From the NCBI GenBank assembly GCA_965208675.1, contig OZ242351.1:2496001-2560000 (forward strand): a stretch of 64,000 bases of DNA. The letters run 5' to 3'. Source of the stretch: Candidatus Poribacteria bacterium (GTDB lineage Bacteria > Poribacteria > WGA-4E > PCPOR2b). This document shows, piece after piece, positions 1 to 9,674 of this stretch. Below the pieces are notes generated by a model, which was not told the origin of the DNA, searched no databases, and saw only the letters and a program-made list of their open reading frames with translations. A program made the translations under genes and the position numbers. Within the stretch, counting starts at the first letter, position 1. Each line of letters begins with the position of its first letter.

Positions 1-421
1 TATTCAGGACGCAAGCCCGTCTTGACGCAACCTTGACCGCTTAAGATGATAGCATTGGTGAGAATTGATGTCAAGTACAAACTGCTGCTATCAGCGCCCT
101 TTCGAGCCCAATAGAATGGCGAGGCGGCTTCAACGCCGGGGCTTATGTTAAAACCGTAAACTCAGGTTTGATGGGGGACGTACAGTCATTTCAACAGCCC
201 GCTGAATCTATTCGCAGCCGAATTCGTGGGAAATTCTATATGGGTTGTAGAACGAAAACTCCCACGGCTTCGGTTGCGGCAATTCAAGTAGTACCTAGGA
301 ATGAATATTGGCGCGAAATGACACGCCTCCCTACAAAAATTGAGATTATGTAATAGGTTCTGTTGACATTTTGAGGCTACTGATTCGGCAAACGTTGTCA
401 CCATTGGATAATCTGATATAA

Positions 422-477
422 GTAGCGCAAACTGTTAGTTTGCGGGCTCGGATCGCAATCTAAACAGATTGTGTTAC
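422..477. repeat. Imperfect palindromic REP/MITE-like element downstream of clpB
   Basis: GTAGCGCAAACTGTTAGTTTGCG, a 9-nt spacer, then CGCAATCTAAACAGATTGTGTTAC: an imperfect ~23-bp inverted repeat. It may double as the clpB terminator. Confidence 0.5.
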
Positions 478-546
478 AAAAGATTCCTTTGTACTTGATA
501 AAGACTGCCGTTTAACCGTTCAATTCAACCTACGGGATGCCAAATG

Positions 547-3150
547 TCAACACGCCCTAGCTTCGCGGAAAACAAATTTCGCATCGCCGCCCTCATCGTC
601 AAAGTCGACTTCAACGGTGCTGCCTTCGCGGAACTCGCCTTCAAGTATCTCAACAGCCAACGGGTTCAAGATATCCCGCTGGATGGTACGGCGGAGCGGC
701 CGTGCGCCGTATACCTCATCATAACCGCGAACGGCGATCTCTTCTTTGGCAGTCTCCGAGAGATTCAAGTTGATATTTTTCTCAGCGAGGCGTGCGCTGA
801 GTTGATTCAATTCGAGCGAAACAATCCTTTTTATCTCTTTGACACCAAGCCGATTGAAAATAATCAAATCGTCAATACGGTTGAGGAATTCAGGGCGGAA
901 TTGCTGCTGCGTCGCTTCGGTGACTCGATGCCGCATTTCGTCAACGTCTAAGTTCCCCGCGCTAATCCACTGGCTGCCGACGTTCGATGTCATGATTACA
1001 ACCGTGTTTTTGAAATCGACAGTGCGTCCTTGTCCATCGGTCAGCCGTCCATCGTCAAGCAGTTGCAACAGCACATTGAACACATCCGCGTGCGCTTTCT
1101 CAATCTCGTCAAAAAGCACCACGCCGTATGGGTGGCGCCGGACAGCCTCCGTGAGCTGCCCGCCCTCATCATAGCCAACATAACCCGGCGGTGCGCCGAT
1201 AAGCCTTGACACCGTGTGTTTCTCCATGTATTCGCTCATATCAATCCGAACCATTGCGCTTTGGTCGTCAAACAGGAATTCCGCCAGCGCCTTTGCGAGG
1301 TGGGTTTTGCCAACCCCGGTCGGACCCATAAAGACAAAAGAACCGATGGGGCGGCTGGGGTCTTGCAACCCAACACGGGAGCGCCGGATCGCATTGGAGA
1401 CCGCCTCGACAGCCTCATCTTGCCCAATCACCTCTTCTTTGAGGCGTTCTTCCATGTGAATTAGCTTCTGAACTTCGCCCTCCATCATACGCGCGACGGG
1501 GATGCCCGTCCATCTAGCCACGATCTCAGCGATAGCTTCGCGATCGATTTTCTCTTTGAGCATCTGATTTGACTGCTGCAACGACTCCAAGCTCTCTTTG
1601 GCGTTCTGGAATTGCGTCTCAAGCTCGAAAAGTTCTCCATACCGAATCTGCGAGGCTCTGGTGAGGTTCCCGGTGCGTGTCGCCTGTTCCTCCTCAGTCT
1701 TCAGGGCTTCAATCTGCGCCATAATTTCTCGCATGCGGTCGATGGTTTCCTTTTCGTTCTGCCACCGCGCTTTAAGCTGATTGCGCTTCTCTTCCAGACC
1801 GGCAAGCTCCTCGGCGATTTTCGCCAACCGGTCTTTGGAGGTATCATCCTCCTCCTTCTCAAGCGCCTGCCGTTCAATCTCCAACTGAATGATGCGGCGT
1901 TCAACTTCGTCAATCTCCTCCGGGACGCTGTCAATCTCGATTCTTCGGCGCGACGCGGCTTCGTCGATTAGGTCGACAGCTTTATCCGGCAGGAACCTAT
2001 CCGAGATATACCGGTGCGAAAGCGCCGCTGCAGCCACAATCGCATTATCCTGAATCTGGACGCCGTGATGGGTCTCGTAACGCTCTTTCAAGCCGCGAAG
2101 AATGGCGATTGTGTTCTCGACAGACGGTTCTTCCACCATGACCGGCTGGAAACGCCGTTCTAATGCCGCGTCCTTTTCGACGTGCTTCCGATACTCATCC
2201 AGCGTGGTTGCCCCGATACACCGAAGCTCGCCGCGCGCCAGCGCGGGCTTGAGCATATTCGAGGCGTCAACGGCACCCTCCGCCGCGCCGGCGCCGACGA
2301 TTGTGTGCAGTTCGTCGATAAAGAGGATTATTTGTCCGTCAGACTGTTCAATATCTTTGAGCACCGCTTTGAGCCGGTCTTCAAATTCGCCACGGTATTT
2401 GGATCCCGCGATAAGCCCCCCGAGATCCAGCGCCACTAGTCGTTTATGTGCCAGATTTTCCGGGACATCGCTGTTGACGATGCGCTGTGCAAGCCCTTCA
2501 ACGATTGCCGTTTTTCCAACGCCCGGTTCACCGATTAACACCGGATTGTTCTTTCTACGGCGCGACAGCACTTGCATCAGGCGGCGGATTTCATCGTCCC
2601 GCCCGATGACCGGATCCAGCTTGCCCGCCATCGCCTCGTGCGTCAAATCCCGGCTAAACCGCGTCAGCGCTTGATATTTGTCTTCAGCGTTCGGATCGGT
2701 GACGCGCTGACCGCCGCGGATTTCCACCAACGCCTTGAGAATCTTGTCTTTAGTGACGCCGTGCGCACTGAGTATTTTCCCCGCGGCGCTCCGCTTTTCC
2801 TGCACGCAGCCAATGAGCAGGTGTTCCGTACTCAGGTATTCATCCTTTAGGTTCGCCGCCTCCTTCCACGCGGTATCAAAGACCGTTCTGAGTTCGGTTG
2901 AAAGGTGAAGTTCACTGCCGTTGCCGCGCACCTTGGGTGCGCTTTCAAACTCCTGATTCAGATCTGAACGTATGGCGTGCACATCCGCGCCGACTTTTTG
3001 TAGGATTGGCGTGACTACACCATCTGCCTGGTCTATCAGCGCGGCTAGTAGATGCCCTGCGCCAATCTCAGGGTTTTCTGCTTGACTTGCGCAGTCTTGA
3101 GCGGCTTGTACCGCTTCCTGCGCCTTTATGGTGAATTTATCATATCTCAT
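547..3150 (-). CDS. clpB: ATP-dependent chaperone ClpB
   Basis: Clp_N domain, two AAA+ modules ([16 protein letters not shown]), long coiled-coil middle domain and GYVGYDEGG pore loop. Start moved to ATG 3150 (MRYDKF), preceded by a GGAGAGGA RBS. Confidence 0.97.
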   Translation of the reverse strand: MRYDKFTIKAQEAVQAAQDCASQAENPEIGAGHLLAALIDQADGVVTPILQKVGADVHAIRSDLNQEFESAPKVRGNGSELHLSTELRTVFDTAWKEAANLKDEYLSTEHLLIGCVQEKRSAAGKILSAHGVTKDKILKALVEIRGGQRVTDPNAEDKYQALTRFSRDLTHEAMAGKLDPVIGRDDEIRRLMQVLSRRRKNNPVLIGEPGVGKTAIVEGLAQRIVNSDVPENLAHKRLVALDLGGLIAGSKYRGEFEDRLKAVLKDIEQSDGQIILFIDELHTIVGAGAAEGAVDASNMLKPALARGELRCIGATTLDEYRKHVEKDAALERRFQPVMVEEPSVENTIAILRGLKERYETHHGVQIQDNAIVAAAALSHRYISDRFLPDKAVDLIDEAASRRRIEIDSVPEEIDEVERRIIQLEIERQALEKEEDDTSKDRLAKIAEELAGLEEKRNQLKARWQNEKETIDRMREIMAQIEALKTEEEQATRTGNLTRASQIRYGELFELETQFQNAKESLESLQQSNQMLKEKIDREAIAEIVARWTGIPVARMMEGEVQKLIHMEERLKEEVIGQDEAVEAVSNAIRRSRVGLQDPSRPIGSFVFMGPTGVGKTHLAKALAEFLFDDQSAMVRIDMSEYMEKHTVSRLIGAPPGYVGYDEGGQLTEAVRRHPYGVVLFDEIEKAHADVFNVLLQLLDDGRLTDGQGRTVDFKNTVVIMTSNVGSQWISAGNLDVDEMRHRVTEATQQQFRPEFLNRIDDLIIFNRLGVKEIKRIVSLELNQLSARLAEKNINLNLSETAKEEIAVRGYDEVYGARPLRRTIQRDILNPLAVEILEGEFREGSTVEVDFDDEGGDAKFVFREARAC

Positions 3151-3196
3151 TTTTGTCCTCTCCTGTTGTGCGGTTAGGTTTTTGTTATTGTCATCT

Positions 3197-3212
3197 TGCA
3201 GGATGAATGCCA
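3197..3212 (-). promoter_or_regulatory. sigma54 (-24/-12) promoter of clpB
   Basis: The minus strand reads TGGCATTCATCCTGCA, with GG and GC at the exact TGGCAC-N5-TTGCW spacing, about 45 nt upstream of the clpB ATG. Confidence 0.6.
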
Positions 3213-3267
3213 ACGCGCTAGCGTGGGTAATTACGGCGTTTCATTGGTTGCAAACAACCGGCAATCG

Positions 3268-3319
3268 TGCCAGACTGACAAAATGGCATCTGTTATGTAC
3301 GTAAGTTGCCGAATTGGCA
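3268..3319. promoter_or_regulatory. Putative enhancer-binding-protein sites (TG(C/A)C-N5-G(G/A)CA-type palindromes)
   Basis: TGCCAGACTGACA (3268-3280), TGACAAAATGGCA (3276-3288) and TGCCGAATTGGCA (3307-3319), 55-105 bp upstream of the sigma54 box. Confidence 0.45.
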
Positions 3320-3455
3320 TTTGGCTAGGATGACGCCGAAGAAAGGCCCCAAGAAATTCCGAAGCACACATTTACAGAATTTTTCGAAGACAATAAAATT
3401 ACCGGTTTTATTTCGGCACGGCGTAATGACGTGCCAATTTATGTGCATGACCGTG

Positions 3456-4265
3456 TTAATACAACCTCCTAGACGGAGATTTCGGAAACTTAACTGGACG
3501 GAACTCTACACCTTTTAGCAAACCGAGTGCGGCTTTCAATCGCACCTGAGAATCTTTGTCCTCGAGCAGTTCTTCGACCACTTTGAAAGCCTTTGAAATT
3601 GCAGTGGATAATGCCTGAAGCTGTGATTCCTGAAGATACGTGCGTGCTTCTAGCAATTCTTCAGCGAACGAGGAATTCTGGCGCCATGAAATAATTGTGT
3701 ACCGCGAAACACCAATCATGTCACCCACCTCTTGATCTGTTTTCCCCGATAACATCAGCGGGATTGCAAGGGACTGTTTTTCGGTAATCTCACGCTTTTC
3801 AGCCTCGAATTCCTTCCGATTTTTCTCTGTTTTTGGGTCGGTTTCGCAGGCGGCATTTTGTGCAGATATGAAAATATCTCCGTCGTAAGGATTGTCATCC
3901 CCATCGTCGTCTTCATCCTCTTCGTGATTGGCATCTACGTCCAACCACTTTAGCAATATGCCGCTTTCAAGCTCAAGGCGCGTTTCGATATCCTCATAAC
4001 GATAACCTTGATGAACCAAGAAACCTGCACAAACTTCGGGCATATGGGATTCAAAGTTACCGCGAGTTACCGGATCGCCTTCTTCCGTCAGCGCTTCTAT
4101 GGTTCGAAAAAGTGCATCGTTTTGCCAAGTATCGAATTCGCATGAGTTGATTCCGAGCCCTTCAAGCGTAGCGTAGTGTGTGCTTCGCAGATATAGCAAT
4201 TGTTGTTCGGACAACTCAAGATTTACAGATGCAATGTCTTTTTTGCGGGGTGCCATATGGTGCAT
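3456..4265 (-). CDS. Hypothetical protein with C-terminal phage-type helix-turn-helix (phBC6A51-like)
   Basis: ITEKQSLAIPLMLSGKTDQEVGDMIGVSRYTIISWRQ followed by a helical ...VRLKAALGLL tail; acidic linker. Confidence 0.55.
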   Translation of the reverse strand: MHHMAPRKKDIASVNLELSEQQLLYLRSTHYATLEGLGINSCEFDTWQNDALFRTIEALTEEGDPVTRGNFESHMPEVCAGFLVHQGYRYEDIETRLELESGILLKWLDVDANHEEDEDDDGDDNPYDGDIFISAQNAACETDPKTEKNRKEFEAEKREITEKQSLAIPLMLSGKTDQEVGDMIGVSRYTIISWRQNSSFAEELLEARTYLQESQLQALSTAISKAFKVVEELLEDKDSQVRLKAALGLLKGVEFRPVKFPKSPSRRLY

Positions 4266-4336
4266 TCCTTTCTAAATTCAACAAAACTCAACAATTTTCA
4301 ACAGTTTTTTGTTTGATCCGGCTGCCACTGCTATCC

Positions 4337-4951
4337 TTATTTCGCGGCGGCATGTTCAAACATACGAATTAGATTGTCATCAAAAGGGGGGTTTAGCCTA
4401 TCGTTCGCCAGTAGTTTTACAACGCGATGAGCAGTTTTAAAAACATGCGGATCGACTTTTTTGTCCGGCATAGTTATGGCTTTAGTGTGGGCAGCCTTGA
4501 GCGCCAGAAAATTTTTCATGAGTCTACCGAAGACATTGACGGAATCCAGAAGCGCTTTTCCTTCATCAACAGGGTGTTTAAATGTTACGCGCGGCCAGTT
4601 TGAATCTTCGAGGCTTTCTCGGTGTTGCTGGACACCTTTGGACAATGAAAATGCGAGCATGCAAATGACCTGCGGAATGAGCCGGTTGTACGCTGTTCTG
4701 ACGATCGCGCCGTATTTCTGCTCGTCAAATTCGGGACGCATCCAATCGAGCATCTGGATTATGTTTGCAATCTCAACGCGGTCCTGATGCACGCAGATTG
4801 GGTCGTCTCGACGACGATGGCAATCGGGGTAACGATCGTAAAGTTCGTCAACAACGTTGTCGCGAGAAGCCGGCAACGCAAGATTCCACACAATGTCCTG
4901 TCTGAGCCCTATTGGCCGCAACTTGTTTTTCCACTCAATTCGTTTGTGCAT
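4337..4951 (-). CDS. Hypothetical protein
   Basis: 204-aa ORF co-oriented with the island genes; no recognisable motif. Confidence 0.55.
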   Translation of the reverse strand: MHKRIEWKNKLRPIGLRQDIVWNLALPASRDNVVDELYDRYPDCHRRRDDPICVHQDRVEIANIIQMLDWMRPEFDEQKYGAIVRTAYNRLIPQVICMLAFSLSKGVQQHRESLEDSNWPRVTFKHPVDEGKALLDSVNVFGRLMKNFLALKAAHTKAITMPDKKVDPHVFKTAHRVVKLLANDRLNPPFDDNLIRMFEHAAAK

Positions 4952-5039
4952 ATAAAAACACCAAGTTCAATTGTGCGAAGGTTAGGAGTCGGGGGTCGGG
5001 GGTTGTTTTGGGCAATCGAAAGCCCATGGACATTTTTTC

Positions 5040-5186
5040 TTGCTATCGAATGTCCATTGTGATAAAATAAAAAAAGGCGTTAATTCAAACACTTCGCCTA
5101 CCTAATCTCTGGTAGCTTGGTCGGCGTCAGAGATTGGTCTTGATTGTGATTATCATAAGGGGATAGTTGCTAGCTATCCCCTTTTT
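5040..5186 (+). ncRNA. Putative small antisense RNA unit 1 (promoter to terminator)
   Basis: TTGCTA-N17-TAAAAT with extended -10 TG (5040-5068). Internal hairpin CTAATCTCTG...CAGAGATTGG. Terminator GGGGATAGTTGCTAGCTATCCCC+TTTTT (5159-5186). No ORF in the track. Confidence 0.45.
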
Positions 5187-5196
5187 CATTTGTCAG

Positions 5197-5226
5197 ATTA
5201 TAACATCCGTTATAATTGTTTGTCAA
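5197..5226 (-). promoter_or_regulatory. sigma70 promoter facing unit 1 and gene 4337-4951
   Basis: Minus strand TTGACA-N18-TATAAT with extended -10 TG. Confidence 0.55.
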
Positions 5227-5582
5227 GCAGTTGAATTGATTAGAATTCGTCTAATAACTTTATTAAATTGAAAACTGTTTCCTCGCATTTTTCAGGCGGG
5301 GGTTTCTCATCATTATCCAACCCAAGTTCCTTAAGGCACGCCTCTACGCCAGTAGCATTGAAAGAGTCAATGTGATATTGGTTAGTTGCATCCACGCCAG
5401 TACCGCCACCAACCCCCCCATAGCTCGCTTACGCGCTCCAACTTCATTTCATCAATGGCGCTACAATCCATTGAGGACATAATGTTTCTGATTTTGCTCT
5501 TAATTTCTTTACGCAATAAGTAGATGTAGACTATTTGTGTTTTTGGTAGTTAAAATCGTAAAAGTATAGATGGGATAGAAAT

Positions 5583-5609
5583 AAAAAAGCCCCCGAATTA
5601 ACGAGGGCT
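5583..5609 (-). terminator. Rho-independent terminator after the SDH protease gene
   Basis: Minus strand AGCCCTCG...CGGGGGCT followed by TTTTT. Confidence 0.55.
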
Positions 5610-5628
5610 CAGATGCAAAAAAACAAAT

Positions 5629-6696
5629 CTACTCATCTATCAATTCATCAAACTCTCTATTAAGAAACGCCCTAAAGTTCTTAAGATTTGCAATTTCCGC
5701 AACAGCAGAAGTCGCTTCGTGTTTATGCCTAAAACTGTAGATTGTATGTCCAAGATGATTTTCTATAATCTTACCTAAACCCTCATTATCTAAAAACGTA
5801 TGTTCGCATGTATGGTGATATGAAAGCAAAGCACTTTTCATAAAATCATAATCATTGGTGCCGTCACCGGCAAGGTTAACAACATTGTCACCAAACCCAA
5901 TCTCATTTTTGCATTCATTCATTGATATATGTCTGTCATGAGATTTAAACTTACTATAATTGGACAATTCCCTAACAATCTCACTCGCCTTTTTTTCTCT
6001 ATCTATGCTTTTGAGGTCGCCAAACATTCCGCTTTCGCGATTAAGCCATTTTTTGGCAACCGAAGCAGACAGCTGATTCAAAACGTTGCACTCAGAAACT
6101 ATACCAACGCTATATTTTTGCAAAATGGGAAGCCAAACCAAATAGTTTGATTCGTTTATTGCAATATCTCTCTTAGCCTCTTTAAAATCTTCAAGTATTG
6201 ACCAAACTGGGGTGCTCCCTATATGAGGGTCAATCGGACCAAGGCTAGAATAAGTACCCATGTGTATTTTCTTTGCACCACACGCCATTATAGTACCCGC
6301 AGACAAAGCAACTTGCGGCACAAACACCTCAACGTCACCGTGATACAAATCAAGCAAAAAATCCATTATAGACTCGGCGGCTGCAATGTTTCCGCCTCCA
6401 GTATGCAGAATTAAATCAAGGCCTTTTTCATGAACAACGCCCTCTCTTGCTTTTCCTGTGGGCGAATCCTCGGGTTTACGCTTGCCAATCGACAAAGACA
6501 TGAAGGCGGTTTTATCTTTATCTTCAATACTTGTGCCTTCTCTATTGCTGCCATTATGCAACCAGCCAGAGGCATAAGAAATCACGTTTCTTCCACCTCG
6601 CAATTCATGAAATTTCTTAAGATATTTATGGCGCACTTGCTCATATCCATCACGTGCTTCTCTAATTTCGTCAGAAATTTCATTCCAGCTAGCCAT
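5629..6696 (-). CDS. SDH-family Clp-fold serine protease (S49/ClpP-like)
   Basis: LDLILHTGGG...VPQVALSAGTIMACGA...SSLGPIDP and SHDRHI motifs. Confidence 0.85.
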   Translation of the reverse strand: MASWNEISDEIREARDGYEQVRHKYLKKFHELRGGRNVISYASGWLHNGSNREGTSIEDKDKTAFMSLSIGKRKPEDSPTGKAREGVVHEKGLDLILHTGGGNIAAAESIMDFLLDLYHGDVEVFVPQVALSAGTIMACGAKKIHMGTYSSLGPIDPHIGSTPVWSILEDFKEAKRDIAINESNYLVWLPILQKYSVGIVSECNVLNQLSASVAKKWLNRESGMFGDLKSIDREKKASEIVRELSNYSKFKSHDRHISMNECKNEIGFGDNVVNLAGDGTNDYDFMKSALLSYHHTCEHTFLDNEGLGKIIENHLGHTIYSFRHKHEATSAVAEIANLKNFRAFLNREFDELIDE

Positions 6697-6811
6697 GAGT
6701 ACAATTCTTCCTGCGTTTTCTCGCCAGCGTTAATCTGATGCGGTTTCTTTCAACTCTTCAGCAGTGTCTGCGGACCTCTATCAATACCCCCAAAACGCTT
6801 CGCAATTACCT

Positions 6812-7009
6812 TTATACTTTTATACTTTGCTTAACCTCAGACACGTCATCAGTGTCAGAAATATAATCGTGGAACTTGCTCATCATTTCACGCAATGATT
6901 GAACTTTGCTCGCGACGCTACCCGTAACTCCATTTCTAATTTTTTCTGGCATTTCACCTTCTAGTAGCAAACTTACTAAGCTCTGATGGGAGGTCTTGAA
7001 TGGCATCAA
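6812..7009 (-). CDS. Small hypothetical protein
   Basis: 65-aa ORF co-oriented within the island. Confidence 0.3.
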   Translation of the reverse strand: MMPFKTSHQSLVSLLLEGEMPEKIRNGVTGSVASKVQSLREMMSKFHDYISDTDDVSEVKQSIKV

Positions 7010-7177
7010 TGAAATCCTGCTAAGTGAGAAAATCCTCCCGAGTCATCACTGTTTTGCCCTTTCTGCGTTTAAAGGCGCCACTTAGCCCATGTAGGATACC
7101 ATACATTATCGCCATTATACAAACAATTTCACCCACAAAAACAATTGTTTGTCAATTTAAAGATTAGAACTATACCA

Positions 7178-7391
7178 TTGACTTAACCAAAATTCCAATC
7201 TAAAATTAACACATCAGGAAAAAAGATGCCTTTATTTCTGAAAACCTAAATCGTATAAGTCGATAGTAGCAACTATCAGCTTCAAAAAGGCTGCTCTATA
7301 GACATTTTCTCCGAAATATAGCCAATTAATTGAGTGTTCATATCTGGTAAAATTCTCTTTACAGCCGAGAGCATGTGTTCTCGGCTTTTTT
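7178..7391 (+). ncRNA. Putative small antisense RNA unit 2
   Basis: TTGACT-N17-TAAAAT (7178-7206). Internal hairpin GATAGTAGCAACTATC. Terminator AGCCGAGAGCATGTGTTCTCGGCT+TTTTT (7363-7391). Confidence 0.45.
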
Positions 7392-7451
7392 ATTGCTCAT
7401 TCCACGGTGGTAAAGTGTATATCATTTTCAAAATAATACTCCATTCGATTT

Positions 7452-7718
7452 TCAAAATGGAACAACAGTGATTTTATCCGATAAGTCTATATCAGTCAAA
7501 CCACCAAGTTGCTCCACAACAGCTTTCCAAACCTCAGCTGCCTCATCATGTTTTGGCGTACTAAACAACTCAACCGGGGCATGTGGATAGTATACAATAA
7601 TTTTAGCTAGTTTGGATTGGTCTTTTGATGTTTCAATACGAAATTCAAGCTGATAAATCATATTCGGATTTAACACTTTTACCAAAGGCGGATTGTGAGA
7701 AAATACAATGCGAATCAC
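7452..7718 (-). CDS. Small hypothetical protein (phage-like)
   Basis: 88-aa ORF with GTG start and an AAGGAG RBS just upstream. Confidence 0.55.
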   Translation of the reverse strand: MIRIVFSHNPPLVKVLNPNMIYQLEFRIETSKDQSKLAKIIVYYPHAPVELFSTPKHDEAAEVWKAVVEQLGGLTDIDLSDKITVVPF

Positions 7719-7748
7719 TTAAATCTCCTTTCTAGTTAGCTTACGTTT

Positions 7749-8096
7749 TTATGTATGATAAAGGGGGTATACCCGAACATTAGGCATTTTTTTACCCATT
7801 ATCTTGCGCTCGCGGGATTTGTACACAAGAGACTTTTCTTTAGGAACTATAAATAGGGGAATATCGCCCAAGTCAAGCTCAAAGATTTTTCTGCACGTCT
7901 CCTCATCGTCTTTTACAACAATGGCATACTCCTCTGGTATGGAAATAACTGTGCCGTCGATAATTGGATGATTGCGGTCATACTCTACCCAATCAGTATC
8001 ATGAATCAACGACGCCGCAAATGTTGTGAAAATTCCACTTAGCTCGATCTCAACCTTTACTTCTTGCAACCCTTCTAAATCCTTAATGTGCGACAT
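7749..8096 (-). CDS. Hypothetical protein (phage-like)
   Basis: 115-aa ORF with GGAG RBS, in tandem with 7452-7718. Confidence 0.55.
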   Translation of the reverse strand: MSHIKDLEGLQEVKVEIELSGIFTTFAASLIHDTDWVEYDRNHPIIDGTVISIPEEYAIVVKDDEETCRKIFELDLGDIPLFIVPKEKSLVYKSRERKIMGKKMPNVRVYPLYHT

Positions 8097-8231
8097 CTTA
8101 AAACTCCATGCGTTTGCTCGCCAGCATTATTGTTTTGGCACAACGATTAGAGAGGTAAAAAGCCCCCTACTTAATTGCGTCTTATTTTCTGCCAATTGTA
8201 AAGTTATTCGCAGTAAGTGATTTATGTCACT

Positions 8232-8498
8232 CTACCCAACATACATACCAGACTCATCACAATCTAAGGTAGGGGGATAATCTCTACCTCTTGAATCATC
8301 TAATTCCGCCCAAAGATCATCGACTCTTTTCTGAAGTTTTTTGACTTCCGATTCAAGAATTTGGTTGCTATCAACAAGGTTTTTATTATCAAAATCTAAA
8401 CTCTTATTTTCAGCACGCAACACCTCGCACATGCTTCGCTCGCTTTTAATCGTTTCACAGAGAGACTCAATTAAAATATCTTGATATTCAGAGTTCAT
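8232..8498 (-). CDS. Small coiled-coil protein (phage-like)
   Basis: 88-aa ORF with AAAGGA RBS and heptad-rich sequence. Confidence 0.55.
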   Translation of the reverse strand: MNSEYQDILIESLCETIKSERSMCEVLRAENKSLDFDNKNLVDSNQILESEVKKLQKRVDDLWAELDDSRGRDYPPTLDCDESGMYVG

Positions 8499-8541
8499 TA
8501 TGCTAAAATGTCCTTTCTTGCAATTTAAACTTTAGTTTTAT

Positions 8542-8662
8542 TTGACACAGACGGCAATCTGTGTTATCCTAAAAAAACGGCGCAACAAGACTTACCATCT
8601 GTGCGTCATTTCGACTATAGATTTTGTTGCATTTAGGGGCAGCCTGACACTGCCCCTTTTTT
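8542..8662 (+). ncRNA. Putative small antisense RNA unit 3
   Basis: TTGACA-N17-TATCCT (8542-8570) overlapping the palindrome ACACAGA...TCTGTGT. GCAACAA...TTGTTGC pairing. Terminator AGGGGCAG-CCTGACA-CTGCCCCT+TTTTT (8635-8662). Confidence 0.45.
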
Positions 8663-8675
8663 GTTACGTTAATTT

Positions 8676-8704
8676 AGTTTAACATATTTGGTCTACAAAG
8701 TCAA
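8676..8704 (-). promoter_or_regulatory. sigma70 promoter facing unit 3 and gene 8232-8498
   Basis: Minus strand TTGACT-N17-TAAACT with extended -10 TG. Confidence 0.5.
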
Positions 8705-8893
8705 TCTTTTTTCATTCCTTAAAACGCATAAGTCCATAGGAGCACAATTCAGTTTCAAAAAGGACTGCTATGGGAATTATGGAATAATCGCAGGGAGTGT
8801 TAAAGCCAAAAACAACCGTATATTTTTTGAATTCACAACCGACGGCTTGGCGGTTGGCAAATTTTCCAATGTTCATTATTTATTGATTTCTTT

Positions 8894-9670
8894 TCAACAT
8901 ATACACTTCATTCGCTCTTCGGCAATTTTTACATAATTTTTATCCTTTTCAATCCCAATCCATCTTCGACCAAATTTATTCGCAACATAGGAAGTTGTAC
9001 CACTCCCCAAAAAAGGATCGAGAACAATGTCACCCTCATTTGAACTTGCGAGAATAATTCGCTTCAACATTTCTTCGGGTTTTTGTGTTGGGTGAAGTGC
9101 ACGCCCCCCTTCACCTCGCAAACGCTCCTTGCCCTGAACGAGAGGCAACCCCCAAAAATCACGCATTTGCTTCAAACTTCCGTCCTTTTGTTTGTCGGGG
9201 TTTATTTTCTTTATTTCTTCGTAATTGAATGTCCAACCACTTCCATTTACCGCCCAAACGACAAATTCCGTTGAATGTGTGAATACTCGCTTTGTCATGT
9301 TTGGCATTGCGTTTGTTTTGTGCCAAGTGATGATGTTGTTTATCTTGTAGGCAAGCTGCTTTAAGACGATCATCACTTCCGCTATGTTGTGGTAACTACA
9401 AGCAACATAGATTGCTCCCTTATCTTTCAAGATCGTATCGCATGCGCCAAGCCATTTTCTTGTGAATTGCAGATATTCTGGCGCAGACATCTTGTCCCAT
9501 TCCTCGTTTACCATGTACCAGTCCCCGCCAGTTTTGTTGCCTTTCCATTGCAGTCCATTGCGAGACAAATTATATGGAGGATCGGAAAAAATCAAGTCGA
9601 TGGATTTCTTATCAACTTTCTTGTTGAGTGTTTCGATACAATCTCCGTGGTAGATGACATTTGTTTTCAT
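8894..9670 (-). CDS. DNA methyltransferase, N6A/N4C beta class
   Basis: Motif IV DPPY near the N-terminus, HPTQKPE, and motif I VLDPFLGSGTT near the C-terminus. Confidence 0.93.
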   Translation of the reverse strand: MKTNVIYHGDCIETLNKKVDKKSIDLIFSDPPYNLSRNGLQWKGNKTGGDWYMVNEEWDKMSAPEYLQFTRKWLGACDTILKDKGAIYVACSYHNIAEVMIVLKQLAYKINNIITWHKTNAMPNMTKRVFTHSTEFVVWAVNGSGWTFNYEEIKKINPDKQKDGSLKQMRDFWGLPLVQGKERLRGEGGRALHPTQKPEEMLKRIILASSNEGDIVLDPFLGSGTTSYVANKFGRRWIGIEKDKNYVKIAEERMKCIC

Positions 9671-9674
9671 ATTG

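Noticed and set aside
120-300. IS200/IS605-like end fragments (GGCTTCAACGCCGGGG, AACTCCCACGGCTTCGG)
   Set aside because: Too degenerate, and no tnpA or tnpB sequence supports a call.
544-2850. Numerous antisense and alternative-frame ORFs over clpB (and likewise over other long genes)
   Set aside because: Shadow ORFs of well-supported genes, with no motifs or RBS of their own.
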